64,000 bases of DNA from a virus: the UHGV virus genome UHGV-0020019; one strand, given 5' to 3'. Of this stretch, positions 51,371 to 60,084 are shown piece after piece. Made by a program: the position numbers and the translations under genes. The notes under the pieces are model-generated. The model was not told the DNA's origin. It saw only the letters and a program-made list of their open reading frames with translations, and searched no databases. Position 1 is the first letter of the stretch; each line of letters opens with the position of its first letter.

Positions 51371-51442
51371 TAAATGTGGACAGATTCGAACTGCCAACCT
51401 CCAGATTACATCTGGTGCTCTATCCAATTGAGCTACACATTC
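51371..51442 (-). tRNA. tRNA-Tyr (anticodon GTA)
   Basis: Manual fold: acceptor GAATGTG/CACATTT, D-arm GCTC..GAGC, anticodon loop ATGTAAT (U33, A37), T-arm GGCAG-TTCGAAT-CTGTC. Confidence 0.6.
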
Positions 51443-51769
51443 CATTACGAATTGCACGTAATTCTGTTCAAATATACAACAGATAAGTTTAGTATACACT
51501 TTGCGCTGTTTACTACGCACTGCCATACCATTCAGTCAGACAGCCTATTCCAGGGATTAAGCATCTGGACATGCTTTTATACTAGTATTGCTATATAGCC
51601 TTAATTAAAAACTCACACTACTTTCACAAGCAATATGAGTTAATCTATATAACTTGATAAGTATGTCTAATTAGTCTAGTAAGTCTTATACTTTTTCTAC
51701 ACCCATCAAGAACTTATCAGAGGTTATACAGAGTTTTTAACTTATGTACAATCGTTTTATTACATTAGC

Positions 51770-51839
51770 TGGCTGACAAAGAATCGAACTCTGATTCATA
51801 GATTAACAGTCTATTGTTCTAACCATTGAACTATCAGCC
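51770..51839 (-). tRNA. tRNA-Asn (anticodon GTT)
   Basis: Manual fold: acceptor GGCTGAT/GTCAGCC, D-arm GTTC..GAAC, anticodon stem ATAGA/TCTAT with loop CTGTTAA, T-arm CAGAG-TTCGATT-CTTTG. Confidence 0.7.
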
Positions 51840-52030
51840 AATTAAAAACTAATTCTATAGCCATTACAAGGCTTATTATTTTCCCTTATAATGTGCCGTA
51901 CTATTTTCCTTAGCATGCATCGATTATATATAGTACAAAGAAGGAATACACGGAGTTTTTGCGCAAATTTATCCAATGTACTGCATATCCTTATTTTAGC
52001 TCTCATCGGGCATATGAATTAGTTTTATAG

Positions 52031-52697
52031 TACCTTCAATGGGATTTGAACCCATACAAGCATTTCTGCTCATCAGATTTTCCTACCACACTTACTTTTA
52101 CATAAGCAGACTCTTTGGCTCTATGCTTTTTGTATATTTCTCCAAGAAGAGTTAGGCTTTACGAATTACTTTCATTCGCCTGTTATATTTAACGATATAA
52201 CCTGTTATTACTCACCTTTTAGTCTTTGTGGTCTGGACTATTTTATTACCTTATTAAGAATCTTGCAAGTAAGTATATATGGAGTTTACTCTAACTCTAA
52301 TAGTAGTCTACTCTTCTCACTTCTACGAATCTTGTAAGTTTAATTTAAAACATATATACTATTCTTAACTTAGGTATCTCCTCTATAGTCTCTACACATT
52401 TATGAACCTTCCTCCTGCACTTAATGGGTAGCTACTCCCATCATTATTTTACATTGCGTATTATACCAGTTCAATTTAGCTCGTCATCACCAAAGTCTGT
52501 GTCACCACAAACGAGGCTTCTGTCGCAAGTTAAAGACTGTGCTATAAGATGTCGTTCCTTATCACAGTCGCCATTATTTGACTTTAACTTGTTTAATTAG
52601 GGAGATTCTACTCTTATGATTTCTCATAAGGCACTCAAATTCTTCATTGCTGAAGTTTTAATAAGTCTGACGTGTCTACCAATTCCACCATGAAGGC
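52031..52697 (-). tRNA. Split tRNA-Leu (anticodon TAA, class II with long variable arm). Exon 1 is 52663..52697, exon 2 is 52031..52081, separated by an intron at the canonical U34/A35 site.
   Basis: Exon 1 (minus strand): GCCTTCA TG GTG GAATTGGTAGA CAC G TCAGA CTT. Exon 2: AAAA TCTGA TGAGCAGAAATGCTTG TATGGG-TTCAAAT-CCCAT TGAAGGT A. Joined, they give a near-textbook bacterial tRNA-Leu(UAA): anticodon stem TCAGA/TCTGA, loop CUUAAAA, acceptor GCCTTCA/TGAAGGT with G1-U72, discriminator A73. Confidence 0.65.
52082..52662 (-). ncRNA. Group I-type intron (~581 nt) interrupting tRNA-Leu(UAA); no ORF of 60 aa or more inside
   Basis: Last exon nucleotide before the intron is U. The intron ends ...GTGTGGTAGG with a terminal G (omega-G) just before exon 2. 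P7-like pairing ACAGACTTTGG / AGAGTCTGC (cf. consensus CAGACUA / UAGUCUG) lies ~50 nt upstream of the 3' splice site. The insertion position matches cyanobacterial and plastid trnL(UAA) introns. Confidence 0.55.
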
Positions 52698-52762
52698 ATA
52701 AAAGTAACTTCTATACTCACGTACCAAAGTTACATAAAATGCATCTAAAAACGCTACAATAG

Positions 52763-52834
52763 TACCTCCTGAAAGAATCGAACTTTCATCATCAACTTAG
52801 AAGATTGTTGCTCTATCCATTGAGCTAAGGAGGC
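52763..52834 (-). tRNA. tRNA-Arg (anticodon TCT)
   Basis: Manual fold: acceptor GCCTCCT/AGGAGGT, D-arm GCTC..GAGC, anticodon loop CTTCTAA, T-arm GAAAG-TTCGATT-CTTTC. Confidence 0.7.
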
Positions 52835-53129
52835 TTAAAGTTAAGCAAAGATAATAGAAGTAATTAAGGAACCAAAGCACTTAAGTAAAGTGCTAAGGCT
52901 CTCTATTTTTTCTAATAATCTTTTTATGTGGACATAATTTTATAGAGGAGACCACTACATCACAGTATTTGTATGCTGTGCAGCCATAGCAGTCTATGGA
53001 TTTTTCTATAGATATTAGCATAAGACATTGGTTATCATATACCATTTATATACTAATAGAAAAGGACGATGCATCATATTATTTTTATGTGCAAATTGAA
53101 TAATTGCCTGTAAGTCTGATCTATCCATT

Positions 53130-53444
53130 TTAGTCTATTCCTTTATTTAAAACTTTATTTGCAAATTCCTGTGCTTTCTCTAATAGATAATTATGCAATT
53201 TTTCCTCAAGAGTATCCCTAATAGTTCTACTTATTTCCCATCTAGAGAATGATTCTCTTAGAGTTCTATAAACTTCTTCATTTATTAGTACTGCAAGATT
53301 ATCATCTCTGCATAAATTATCTAAAGCACTTTCTATTCCTTTTTTAACTTGCTTCTCTATATTTTCATTGTTTGTAATATATTGAGAAATCATTCTTTGA
53401 GCTGGAATCTGTAGCTCAATTCTTAAAGATGATTGTATATCCAT
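53130..53444 (-). CDS. Hypothetical protein, 104 aa
   Basis: ORF-track ORF. Confidence 0.4.
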   Translation of the reverse strand: MDIQSSLRIELQIPAQRMISQYITNNENIEKQVKKGIESALDNLCRDDNLAVLINEEVYRTLRESFSRWEISRTIRDTLEEKLHNYLLEKAQEFANKVLNKGID

Positions 53445-53542
53445 ATTATCTATTATTTAATAAGGTTCTTAACTATAGTATCTCATCTTCAGATAACCAA
53501 ATGTCTTTCTGATTAAGATAGAGATAGTATAATTTGTTTTAA

Positions 53543-53734
53543 TTATGTACTAAATAAATCTAGAACATCTTGTATAGAGTATTCTACCTTAGATGCAGTT
53601 ATTATAGGCTTCTCTATTATAGGAGAAATCGCCTTATATTCTAACTGCATCTGAGATAGAATAGAGAATATATCAGTACTGTCGTCAATACCACTGGCAC
53701 TAACATACTGATTTACTTGTGAGAAAGTTATCAT
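53543..53734 (-). CDS. Hypothetical protein, 63 aa
   Basis: ORF-track ORF. Confidence 0.3.
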   Translation of the reverse strand: MITFSQVNQYVSASGIDDSTDIFSILSQMQLEYKAISPIIEKPIITASKVEYSIQDVLDLFST

Positions 53735-53899
53735 ATTATTCTAAGAATATGCTTAACCTGAACTTTAGTAAGATTAGGAAACTTATCTAGTAGCTTTTTC
53801 TTAATAAAATCAAGTCTTATTTTGCTCCTCATATAACAATTTACTTCATAAGCATCTGTTATAAAAGAGAGTAAACTGGTGAGTTGTCTTGAATCCATG

Positions 53900-54427
53900 C
53901 TATTCTTTAATTAAATTAGCTTTTAACTCATTCAATTCAGTAATAGCATCATCAAGAGCATTATGAGCATTATTATTCTCATAGACTTTCCAATCTTTTA
54001 TAATCTCCTTTGCAGTTCTAATATCTCTTGGCTGCCAGAACTTCCAAGGAGTTTCTATATTAAGATACTCACATATATCTTTGATACAGAATAGGTCCAT
54101 AGAGCCTTTAGTCCATACTATAGTGTCTTCTGTATTGAATCTATTAAAGATTTGATATAGCTTATTTACTAACTGCGTATAGTTATAGACAATATTAGTA
54201 GGTGTTTTGCTTACAGGCGTATTTTTCTGTTGCATCCACCAAAGTAAGGTTTCTCCAGTAAAGGTCCTATTATAAGTGTTCCAAACATCAGGCATTACTT
54301 GTATTAGATATGAGTCTAATATATTGAAAGCTTCCTCTGCAATTACTATTCCTACCTGAGTAATTGCAGCATCATTTCTTCTACCTAATGTTTCTATGTC
54401 TATAATAATATGTTTTGCTGTTTTCAT
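53900..54427 (-). CDS. DEDDh (DnaQ-like) 3'-5' exonuclease
   Basis: IIIDIETLG (Exo I motif) and HNALDDAI (Exo III motif); 175 aa. Confidence 0.6.
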   Translation of the reverse strand: MKTAKHIIIDIETLGRRNDAAITQVGIVIAEEAFNILDSYLIQVMPDVWNTYNRTFTGETLLWWMQQKNTPVSKTPTNIVYNYTQLVNKLYQIFNRFNTEDTIVWTKGSMDLFCIKDICEYLNIETPWKFWQPRDIRTAKEIIKDWKVYENNNAHNALDDAITELNELKANLIKE

Positions 54428-54429
54428 AA

Positions 54430-54822
54430 TTATTTCTTTATTATCTTATTAATTAAAATAGGAGCTGTAGTACCAATACCATAAGTAGTTTTTTTAGGAA
54501 TACTATAATATCCAATATAATTAGTTCCTCTATCTGACTGATAATGTATATGATTACATGAATCTACTTTAAGTTTATAAGTATTATCTGGATAATATAT
54601 AGTACATTCTAAATAATATACTTCATTATAAGATTTCTTGATATTTTTATAGCAAAATGCAGCAATTACTAAACATAATAATGATATTGTAGTTATTGTT
54701 GTATTTATTTTTGTATTATCAAGCTTAATGTATCTTATATTCACACATAGGGATATAATAATAACAAGAGATATTACTACACTTATTACTAATCCTATTT
54801 CATAAAGACTATTATAATTCAT
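54430..54822 (-). CDS. Membrane protein, 130 aa
   Basis: Two hydrophobic helices in the N-terminal half. Confidence 0.4.
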   Translation of the reverse strand: MNYNSLYEIGLVISVVISLVIIISLCVNIRYIKLDNTKINTTITTISLLCLVIAAFCYKNIKKSYNEVYYLECTIYYPDNTYKLKVDSCNHIHYQSDRGTNYIGYYSIPKKTTYGIGTTAPILINKIIKK

Positions 54823-54966
54823 TTTATTTTTATTACTTTTAAGTTTATAAAAAAGTCAGTCAGAGTTACTTCCACTTTCTTTTACTTAAAGAAAACCGAA
54901 GAACTCCTTCACGAAGAATGCTATAAGAATCGAAGTGGTTTTACATCATGCTTAGGATGTTTATTA

Positions 54967-55284
54967 TTACCAAGCTTCGGTATAAAGAGGTTCAATAGTT
55001 ATATACTTGAAGAAGTCATTACCCAATCCTTTTCTAGTACATCTAACAGAAGCGTCTACTAGATGTCTTTCTTCATTAATATTCTTATGTATAAGCTGGA
55101 TAAAGAATGCAGGATTGTCTTTTTCTTTGGTCATACCTTCTAACCGTTCTTTACACTTTGTCCAAGTATCTACTACAATAAAAGGTCTAATTTCATTAGT
55201 AAATACAGTTGTAAGAATATAGAGGTCTTCGCCTTTAGTGTTTTTTATTTGACTGTACATAATTATAATAATTTTTAATATCAA
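54967..55284 (-). CDS. Hypothetical protein, 105 aa
   Basis: ORF-track ORF. Confidence 0.4.
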   Translation of the reverse strand: MILKIIIIMYSQIKNTKGEDLYILTTVFTNEIRPFIVVDTWTKCKERLEGMTKEKDNPAFFIQLIHKNINEERHLVDASVRCTRKGLGNDFFKYITIEPLYTEAW

Positions 55285-55504
55285 TATTTAACTGTTTCGC
55301 AATACTACTAGGGTTTTTAGTGTATTTTGAAACTTTTAAAATATCCCATAAAGAAATAATTTCTTTAAAAGATAATGAAGCAATTATATCCTTTATAGGA
55401 GTATTATTACCTTTAGTTTCTAAATATTTAACAATAGGAACTGGGTCTTTCACAATATCTATTAATGCTAACATTGTGTTACATAAATTATTCTTTTCTT
55501 TCAT
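55235..55504 (-). CDS. Hypothetical protein, 89 aa
   Basis: ORF-track ORF; overlaps its neighbour by 50 nt, so the start is uncertain. Confidence 0.3.
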   Translation of the reverse strand: MKEKNNLCNTMLALIDIVKDPVPIVKYLETKGNNTPIKDIIASLSFKEIISLWDILKVSKYTKNPSSIAKQLNIDIKNYYNYVQSNKKH

Positions 55505-55520
55505 AATTATTTAGTTATCA

Positions 55521-55841
55521 TTAAATATCTGATGGTATTTCAGGTATCTCACAATAATCCACTATTATTCCTTCATATTTTAAGTCTGAATAATAATGAA
55601 CTTCTGTATAATATTTTAGTTCACCTAAATAACTTACTGCTACAGACCAGTTATATTCAAATGAAGCCTTAAATAGTCTCTTCTGTGCATACATTATACA
55701 CTCATAGTGAGCACTATTACTACCTGTAGAATATTCTATTACATCAAGTACTACAGCTTTTATAGGGTGCTCTACATTAGGAATAGTTATTTCTACTATC
55801 TGTCCTTTCTCAAAGGATTGTCCATATATTATCTTTTCCAT
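55521..55841 (-). CDS. Hypothetical protein, 106 aa
   Basis: ORF-track ORF. Confidence 0.4.
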   Translation of the reverse strand: MEKIIYGQSFEKGQIVEITIPNVEHPIKAVVLDVIEYSTGSNSAHYECIMYAQKRLFKASFEYNWSVAVSYLGELKYYTEVHYYSDLKYEGIIVDYCEIPEIPSDI

Positions 55842-56021
55842 AATTCTTTTATTAAGTAGTGTGGAGTTTTATTTCCACACTATTAGTTATACATATCATT
55901 TAGAATGGAAGCTCTATAAATTCACTTCCATCAGCATTCTTACCCTCAAGAATGTTTATAGCTTCTTCTCTAGTATAGCCATAACTTATGACTGTACTAA
56001 TATCATACTCAGTATGTTCCA

Positions 56022-56372
56022 TTACCATTCACCTTTTAAAGTAGCTATAAGTTCATCCTTTACATAATCAGGTACAACTACACAAGGAAATGAATCTTTA
56101 GTAAAGTCTATAGGACTCTTTACAGCATGAAGGTCAAAGAAACCTTCAGCACTAGAAGAAATAGACACAAGAGTGTCTCCCTTAATAACTCCAATTTCCT
56201 CATAGCTAAGGTCAGTCTTAGTTACCTCAAGATTATCACCCTGAAATACAACAATATCACAAGGATAATCTGCAAGTTCATTACATACAAACTTTATAAG
56301 TTCATCACAGTTATTAAGAGTCACAAGTGTAGGAAGATTGGTTTTAATCATAATAAAATACAGTCTCCACAC
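56022..56372 (-). CDS. Hypothetical protein, 116 aa
   Basis: ORF-track ORF. Confidence 0.4.
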   Translation of the reverse strand: MWRLYFIMIKTNLPTLVTLNNCDELIKFVCNELADYPCDIVVFQGDNLEVTKTDLSYEEIGVIKGDTLVSISSSAEGFFDLHAVKSPIDFTKDSFPCVVVPDYVKDELIATLKGEW

Positions 56373-56452
56373 AAGAGCAGACTAAAAGAGCTTTATTATT
56401 TATATTTTGTTATTTTTTATTTCACAGACACAGAGCCATTATCGTTATATTA

Positions 56453-56635
56453 TTAATAATCTAGTGATATTAAATAATACTTGATAGTTTCTCTCTGTGT
56501 TTCATCCAGCTTCATTAGTGTGATTTTTAACGTCTTCTGGATGACGTTTGTTAATGTGGTATTAACAAAGTTTATTTTTTGCACTTCTAGCTTTTTCTTC
56601 ACTATCATAGTCTCCCTATGACTTATAGTCGTCAT
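56453..56635 (-). CDS. Hypothetical protein, 60 aa
   Basis: ORF-track ORF. Confidence 0.3.
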   Translation of the reverse strand: MTTISHRETMIVKKKLEVQKINFVNTTLTNVIQKTLKITLMKLDETQRETIKYYLISLDY

Positions 56636-56931
56636 ATGGTCTAACAGTATATCTTTTCATAATTTGTAATATTTAAAGGGATTTGAATTAAAATTTGTAA
56701 TCTAATGCTAAACTCTAAGCCAAAAAGAGTAGCTAGTTGAGCCTAGAAGATAGTAGAGTAGGGGTGTAAGAAGCAGTAAAATGAGATATAGAATAAAGAA
56801 AGTGTGCAGGATTGAAGAAAATTCCATATTACCAAAAGGTAAGGGAAGGTTATTTTCAACAATCCTAACACACATAACTATCTATAACACAGTAACTTAC
56901 AATTTTAGAATGTAATTATATTTCACTATAA

Positions 56932-57255
56932 TTAAATGCCTAATTCAACATCTTCCCAAGAGTTAGCACCTTGCTTACAAAGCGAATAATGCCCACTCTC
57001 AAGCTCTACTACTTGAAGGTCATCTTTCTGAGCAGCAATTTCTTGAGGAGTAAGAACACCAAGCTTAGAAGAGAATGCTACAAAGCATCTACTGCTAGCA
57101 TCATTAGGGTCTGTAAAGATACAGCTCTTGAAGACCTCACCAGTTTCATTATTGGCAAACTCCCCTACCTGCATTTTGCCTTTCATTTTAGCAAAAGCAA
57201 TGAGTGACCAACTGTTCTTAATACCCTGCATAACTGGACCATTATTAGTAGCCAT
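56932..57255 (-). CDS. Hypothetical protein, 107 aa; paralog A of 59602..59934
   Basis: About 60% identity read by eye: NSWSL(I/L)AFAK...MQVGEFAN..TGE(V/I)FKSCIF...FSSKLGVL(T/S)P(Q/K)EIAAQK..LQVV...SLCKQG.N(S/T)WEDV(E/D)LG. Confidence 0.5.
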   Translation of the reverse strand: MATNNGPVMQGIKNSWSLIAFAKMKGKMQVGEFANNETGEVFKSCIFTDPNDASSRCFVAFSSKLGVLTPQEIAAQKDDLQVVELESGHYSLCKQGANSWEDVELGI

Positions 57256-57398
57256 ACTATTATCTTCATCTCAGAAGCACTGTTGTTTGTAGAGAACAAC
57301 TAACTGACTGCAATATACTATTAATTCCTCTAGGACAGTCAACCCTATTAGAATCTATAAAACTCTATAAAAGATAAAATGCTCTTTATCTCTCCAAG

Positions 57399-57445
57399 AT
57401 ATAGGGGTGGTGATGTGTCCCTTGAATACTTATAAAGTTCTATAG
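57399..57445. promoter_or_regulatory. Conserved ~40-nt motif, copy R1 (TAGGGGTGGTGATGTGTCCCTTGAATACTTATAAAG), 145-190 nt upstream of paralog A
   Basis: Near-identical copy at 59137..59185 and a looser copy at 60085..60130; each lies upstream of a minus-strand gene start. Confidence 0.35.
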
Positions 57446-57602
57446 TTCTTTTATTTTACAATACTTATATTACTTATTATATTATAATATATTATATAAT
57501 AGGTACGCGCGTGAGGAAATTCTATTTTATTTACAAAAGACTAGCTGTGGTGTGTTTCCTTTTCCTTTAACTTTAATTATCTAAGTATTTTCCTTAGATG
57601 CT

Positions 57603-57632
57603 TGTTGGATAGAAATCTTTTTTGTATATTTG
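57603..57632 (+). promoter_or_regulatory. Candidate Bacteroidota-type sigma-A promoter (-7 TATATTTG matching TAnnTTTG) driving a plus-strand transcript
   Basis: TATATTTG at 57625..57632 with a TTGT/TTTG element upstream; the downstream plus-strand region ends in tandem terminators at 58395..58466. Confidence 0.3.
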
Positions 57633-58199
57633 CATTGCTTCGGCTACCAAGGACAAGTATGATATAACTTCCTTCTGGAAAGTGCTGGGGTAAGATTTTA
57701 TTGGATGGATGGCAATGTAAATGCATAGCATTGTATAGGACTGATTTTGTAGCCTACCAAAAGAATAAAGAGGACATCGGGTTAAAAAGGACTAAGTAAT
57801 TAGACACCTACCACACGAATACCCCCAAGATTCTACTTGCTTAGATGCTGCGAGGTATTTATATGAGGTCAGAAAGGCTACCAGAATGATAATAATAGTT
57901 GTACACTATAAATATCATCAGGGAGAAACGGAGTGAAAAATTCTAAACCTCTAGAAATAGAGAACACTCTCTTGGTATACTGAGAGAGAAGAAAGGACTG
58001 GAATTAGGACTAGCATTGTAGGGGATGAAATAAACTCCAACCTTGGGATTAAAGCAGGTTTTTCCCGAGGACTCCGTGTATCTTTTAATATCTTACTTTA
58101 GTAACTCTAGATTGAATAAAGAATAAGTTATACCAGAATCACCAACATTGTATCATTAAAAGAAAATGAGGTATGAATCATTATGTAATTAATTTAGAG

Positions 58200-58343
58200 A
58201 TGGATGAAGCAACATATAGAAGATTAAAGAAAGCTGAAGTTAAACTTAAATTTAAAGACTCATCTAAATGTATGTTTATTCCATTCTCAAAGAGAAAGAT
58301 TAAATATGAAGTAGGAGCAACCCTAAGAAGAAAGAAAACCTAA
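58200..58343 (+). CDS. Small basic protein, 47 aa (MDEATYRRLKKAEVKLKFKDSSKCMFIPFSKRKIKYEVGATLRRKKT)
   Basis: Manual translation; the only plus-strand ORF in a 1.35-kb ORF-poor region; directly followed by two terminators. Confidence 0.35.
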   Translation: MDEATYRRLKKAEVKLKFKDSSKCMFIPFSKRKIKYEVGATLRRKKT

Positions 58344-58394
58344 TGCACAGAGGGTAATACTGTGTACTCTTATCTGTGAAGTCCTTGCCTATAT

Positions 58395-58420
58395 GTCCTC
58401 AGGTGAGGACTTCTGTTTTA
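58395..58420 (+). terminator. Intrinsic terminator 1 (GTCCTC-AGGT-GAGGAC followed by TTCTGTTTTA)
   Basis: GC-rich hairpin plus a T-tract, read directly. Confidence 0.5.
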
Positions 58421-58428
58421 GAGGTAAA

Positions 58429-58466
58429 AAATAGCTAGCCTATGAAGACCAGCTATTTCTTTTTAT
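58429..58466 (+). terminator. Intrinsic terminator 2 (AAATAGCT-14 nt-AGCTATTT followed by CTTTTTATT)
   Basis: 8-bp perfect inverted repeat plus a T-tract. Confidence 0.5.
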
Positions 58467-58608
58467 TCCAGTATCTAATAACTCCTATCCAGAATAGAAT
58501 AGATAATATCCATCCTATTGCAGGAGCTTGATGAATCAGGAATGCTAAACCAATGATAGCAAGTATCAATATACCTATTATCAATATCCAAATCTCTTTG
58601 CTCATGAT

Positions 58609-58824
58609 CTATGCCTTTAAGAATTTATACCAAGTAGAGTATCCACTATACTTAATAAACTCTCTAAGGGTGATATTATTGTAGCACCATGTAACTAATA
58701 TTACATTGACTAACCCAAGGATAAACCAAGAGAATGATATTTCTGTACAGAATAGTATTACTGTGAGTACTGCTGTAATATATAAAATTAATGCTTTCAT
58801 ATTTCTAAAGACTGTAGGCTGCAA
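58609..58824 (-). CDS. Small membrane protein, 71 aa
   Basis: Two hydrophobic segments. Confidence 0.4.
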   Translation of the reverse strand: MQPTVFRNMKALILYITAVLTVILFCTEISFSWFILGLVNVILVTWCYNNITLREFIKYSGYSTWYKFLKA

Positions 58825-58845
58825 GGTTCCCCAAGCAGCCTTTGT

Positions 58846-59097
58846 TTATTTCAATGTATTATGCTCTCTAAATTCCTCAATGGTAATCCTCATCTCTTTA
58901 CCAAAGACTCTTATGGTCTTAAATTTCTGAGTAAATTTACCATCATTAAAGATAGGTTGGTCAAAGGCTATTTCCCCATTAACTACCATCTCATTGAAAT
59001 GAGCATGTCTTTCTCTAAGATACATTTGATGTACTCTCTTACTAGCTGAATAGTTATCTGAACTACAGACAGCAGCTCTATTTATTCTCTTTCTCAT
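58846..59097 (-). CDS. Hypothetical protein, 83 aa
   Basis: ORF-track ORF; motif copy R2 lies 40-90 nt upstream. Confidence 0.4.
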   Translation of the reverse strand: MRKRINRAAVCSSDNYSASKRVHQMYLRERHAHFNEMVVNGEIAFDQPIFNDGKFTQKFKTIRVFGKEMRITIEEFREHNTLK

Positions 59098-59136
59098 ATT
59101 GTTAAGGTTTTAAGTTACTACCTAATACTATCAAGT

Positions 59137-59185
59137 TATAGGAATGGTAATGTGTCTCTTGAATGCTTATTAAGCTTTAAGATTC
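59137..59185. promoter_or_regulatory. Conserved motif copy R2 (TAGGAATGGTAATGTGTCTCTTGAATGCTTATTAAG)
   Basis: About 85% identical to R1 over ~36 nt. Confidence 0.35.
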
Positions 59186-59275
59186 AAAAGACTAATGGTG
59201 TTGTATGCCCTTTAAAATCTAGTTTTATAAGACTAGAAAGACTAGTTAAGTTTATAACTTTGCAAATCTTATTTT

Positions 59276-59309
59276 GTATAAAAAAGGAAAGTGTGTTTCC
59301 ACACTCTCC
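59276..59309 (-). terminator. Intrinsic terminator after gene 59310..59552
   Basis: Minus-strand hairpin GGAGAGTGTG-GAAA-CACACTTTCC followed by UUUUUU. Confidence 0.5.
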
Positions 59310-59552
59310 TTAGTTCCATAGAATGCTGTCCAGTTTAGCTCTAGAATCATAGTAATCTTGAGGGTCATAAGCATCTACCCAGTTATACTCATTATCAAGA
59401 GTATCAAGCAAGTCTTCTGTAGCTTTGTTATATGAATCATAAGCACTAAGAAGATGATTTACTCTTGTATTGTTGGTATTTTGGCATACCATAAAGCCTG
59501 CAACCATACCAATTATCATTGATAAGATGCAAAGGATGATAGTCTTTTTCAT
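59310..59552 (-). CDS. Small protein with an N-terminal transmembrane or signal segment, 80 aa
   Basis: MKKTIILCILSMIIGMVAGFMVC. Confidence 0.4.
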   Translation of the reverse strand: MKKTIILCILSMIIGMVAGFMVCQNTNNTRVNHLLSAYDSYNKATEDLLDTLDNEYNWVDAYDPQDYYDSRAKLDSILWN

Positions 59553-59601
59553 GCAGATGTGTTAAAAAAAGAAGAGCAGGATTTCTCCTGCTCCTCATTG
59601 C

Positions 59602-59934
59602 TTACAATCCAAGGTCAACATCTTCCCAGGTGTTTTCACCTTGCTTGCAAAGGCTGAACATATCTTCACCTTCATTTGTCTCACAGAGAACAACCTGCAA
59701 CTCATTTTTCTGAGCAGCAATCTCTTTTGGTGAAAGCACTCCAAGCTTTGAGCTGAATGAGACAAATGTTCTTGTCTCACCATTGTCAAAGATGCAAGAC
59801 TTGAAGATTTCACCAGTCTTTTTATTGGCAAATTCCCCAACCTGCATCTTTGGACCAAACTGCTTTGCAAATGCAAGGAGAGACCAAGAGTTCTTGATGT
59901 TGTTGTTTGCTGTTGCCATAGATAGTTGCCTCAT
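59602..59934 (-). CDS. Hypothetical protein, 110 aa; paralog B of 56932..57255
   Basis: See paralog A. Confidence 0.5.
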   Translation of the reverse strand: MRQLSMATANNNIKNSWSLLAFAKQFGPKMQVGEFANKKTGEIFKSCIFDNGETRTFVSFSSKLGVLSPKEIAAQKNELQVVLCETNEGEDMFSLCKQGENTWEDVDLGL

Positions 59935-60084
59935 AGCAGGACTTCATTAGTGCTATGTCTTAATTCCTCAGGTGCTTTCCCTAGAGGCATGTATGCAAAT
60001 GGCTATTTGCTGTAGAACTAATCAGCAAATGGAAGGTTACTATGCTTCACCCTCAACCATTAGGATTGCAAATACCCCAGGGGG

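Noticed and set aside
51374-51598. 74-aa plus-strand ORF
   Set aside because: Overlaps the tRNA-Tyr gene and a non-coding spacer; spurious.
52835-53130. Perfect 7-bp hairpin AGCACTT-aagtaa-AGTGCT upstream of the tRNA cluster as a terminator
   Set aside because: No U-tract in the minus-strand orientation relevant to the flanking genes. Could be a processing or regulatory hairpin, but the evidence is insufficient.
56636-56931. 295-bp intergenic region with a duplicated AATTTGTAAT as a promoter pair
   Set aside because: The duplicated TTTG-containing motifs do not fit the TAnnTTTG spacing on either strand convincingly; left unannotated.
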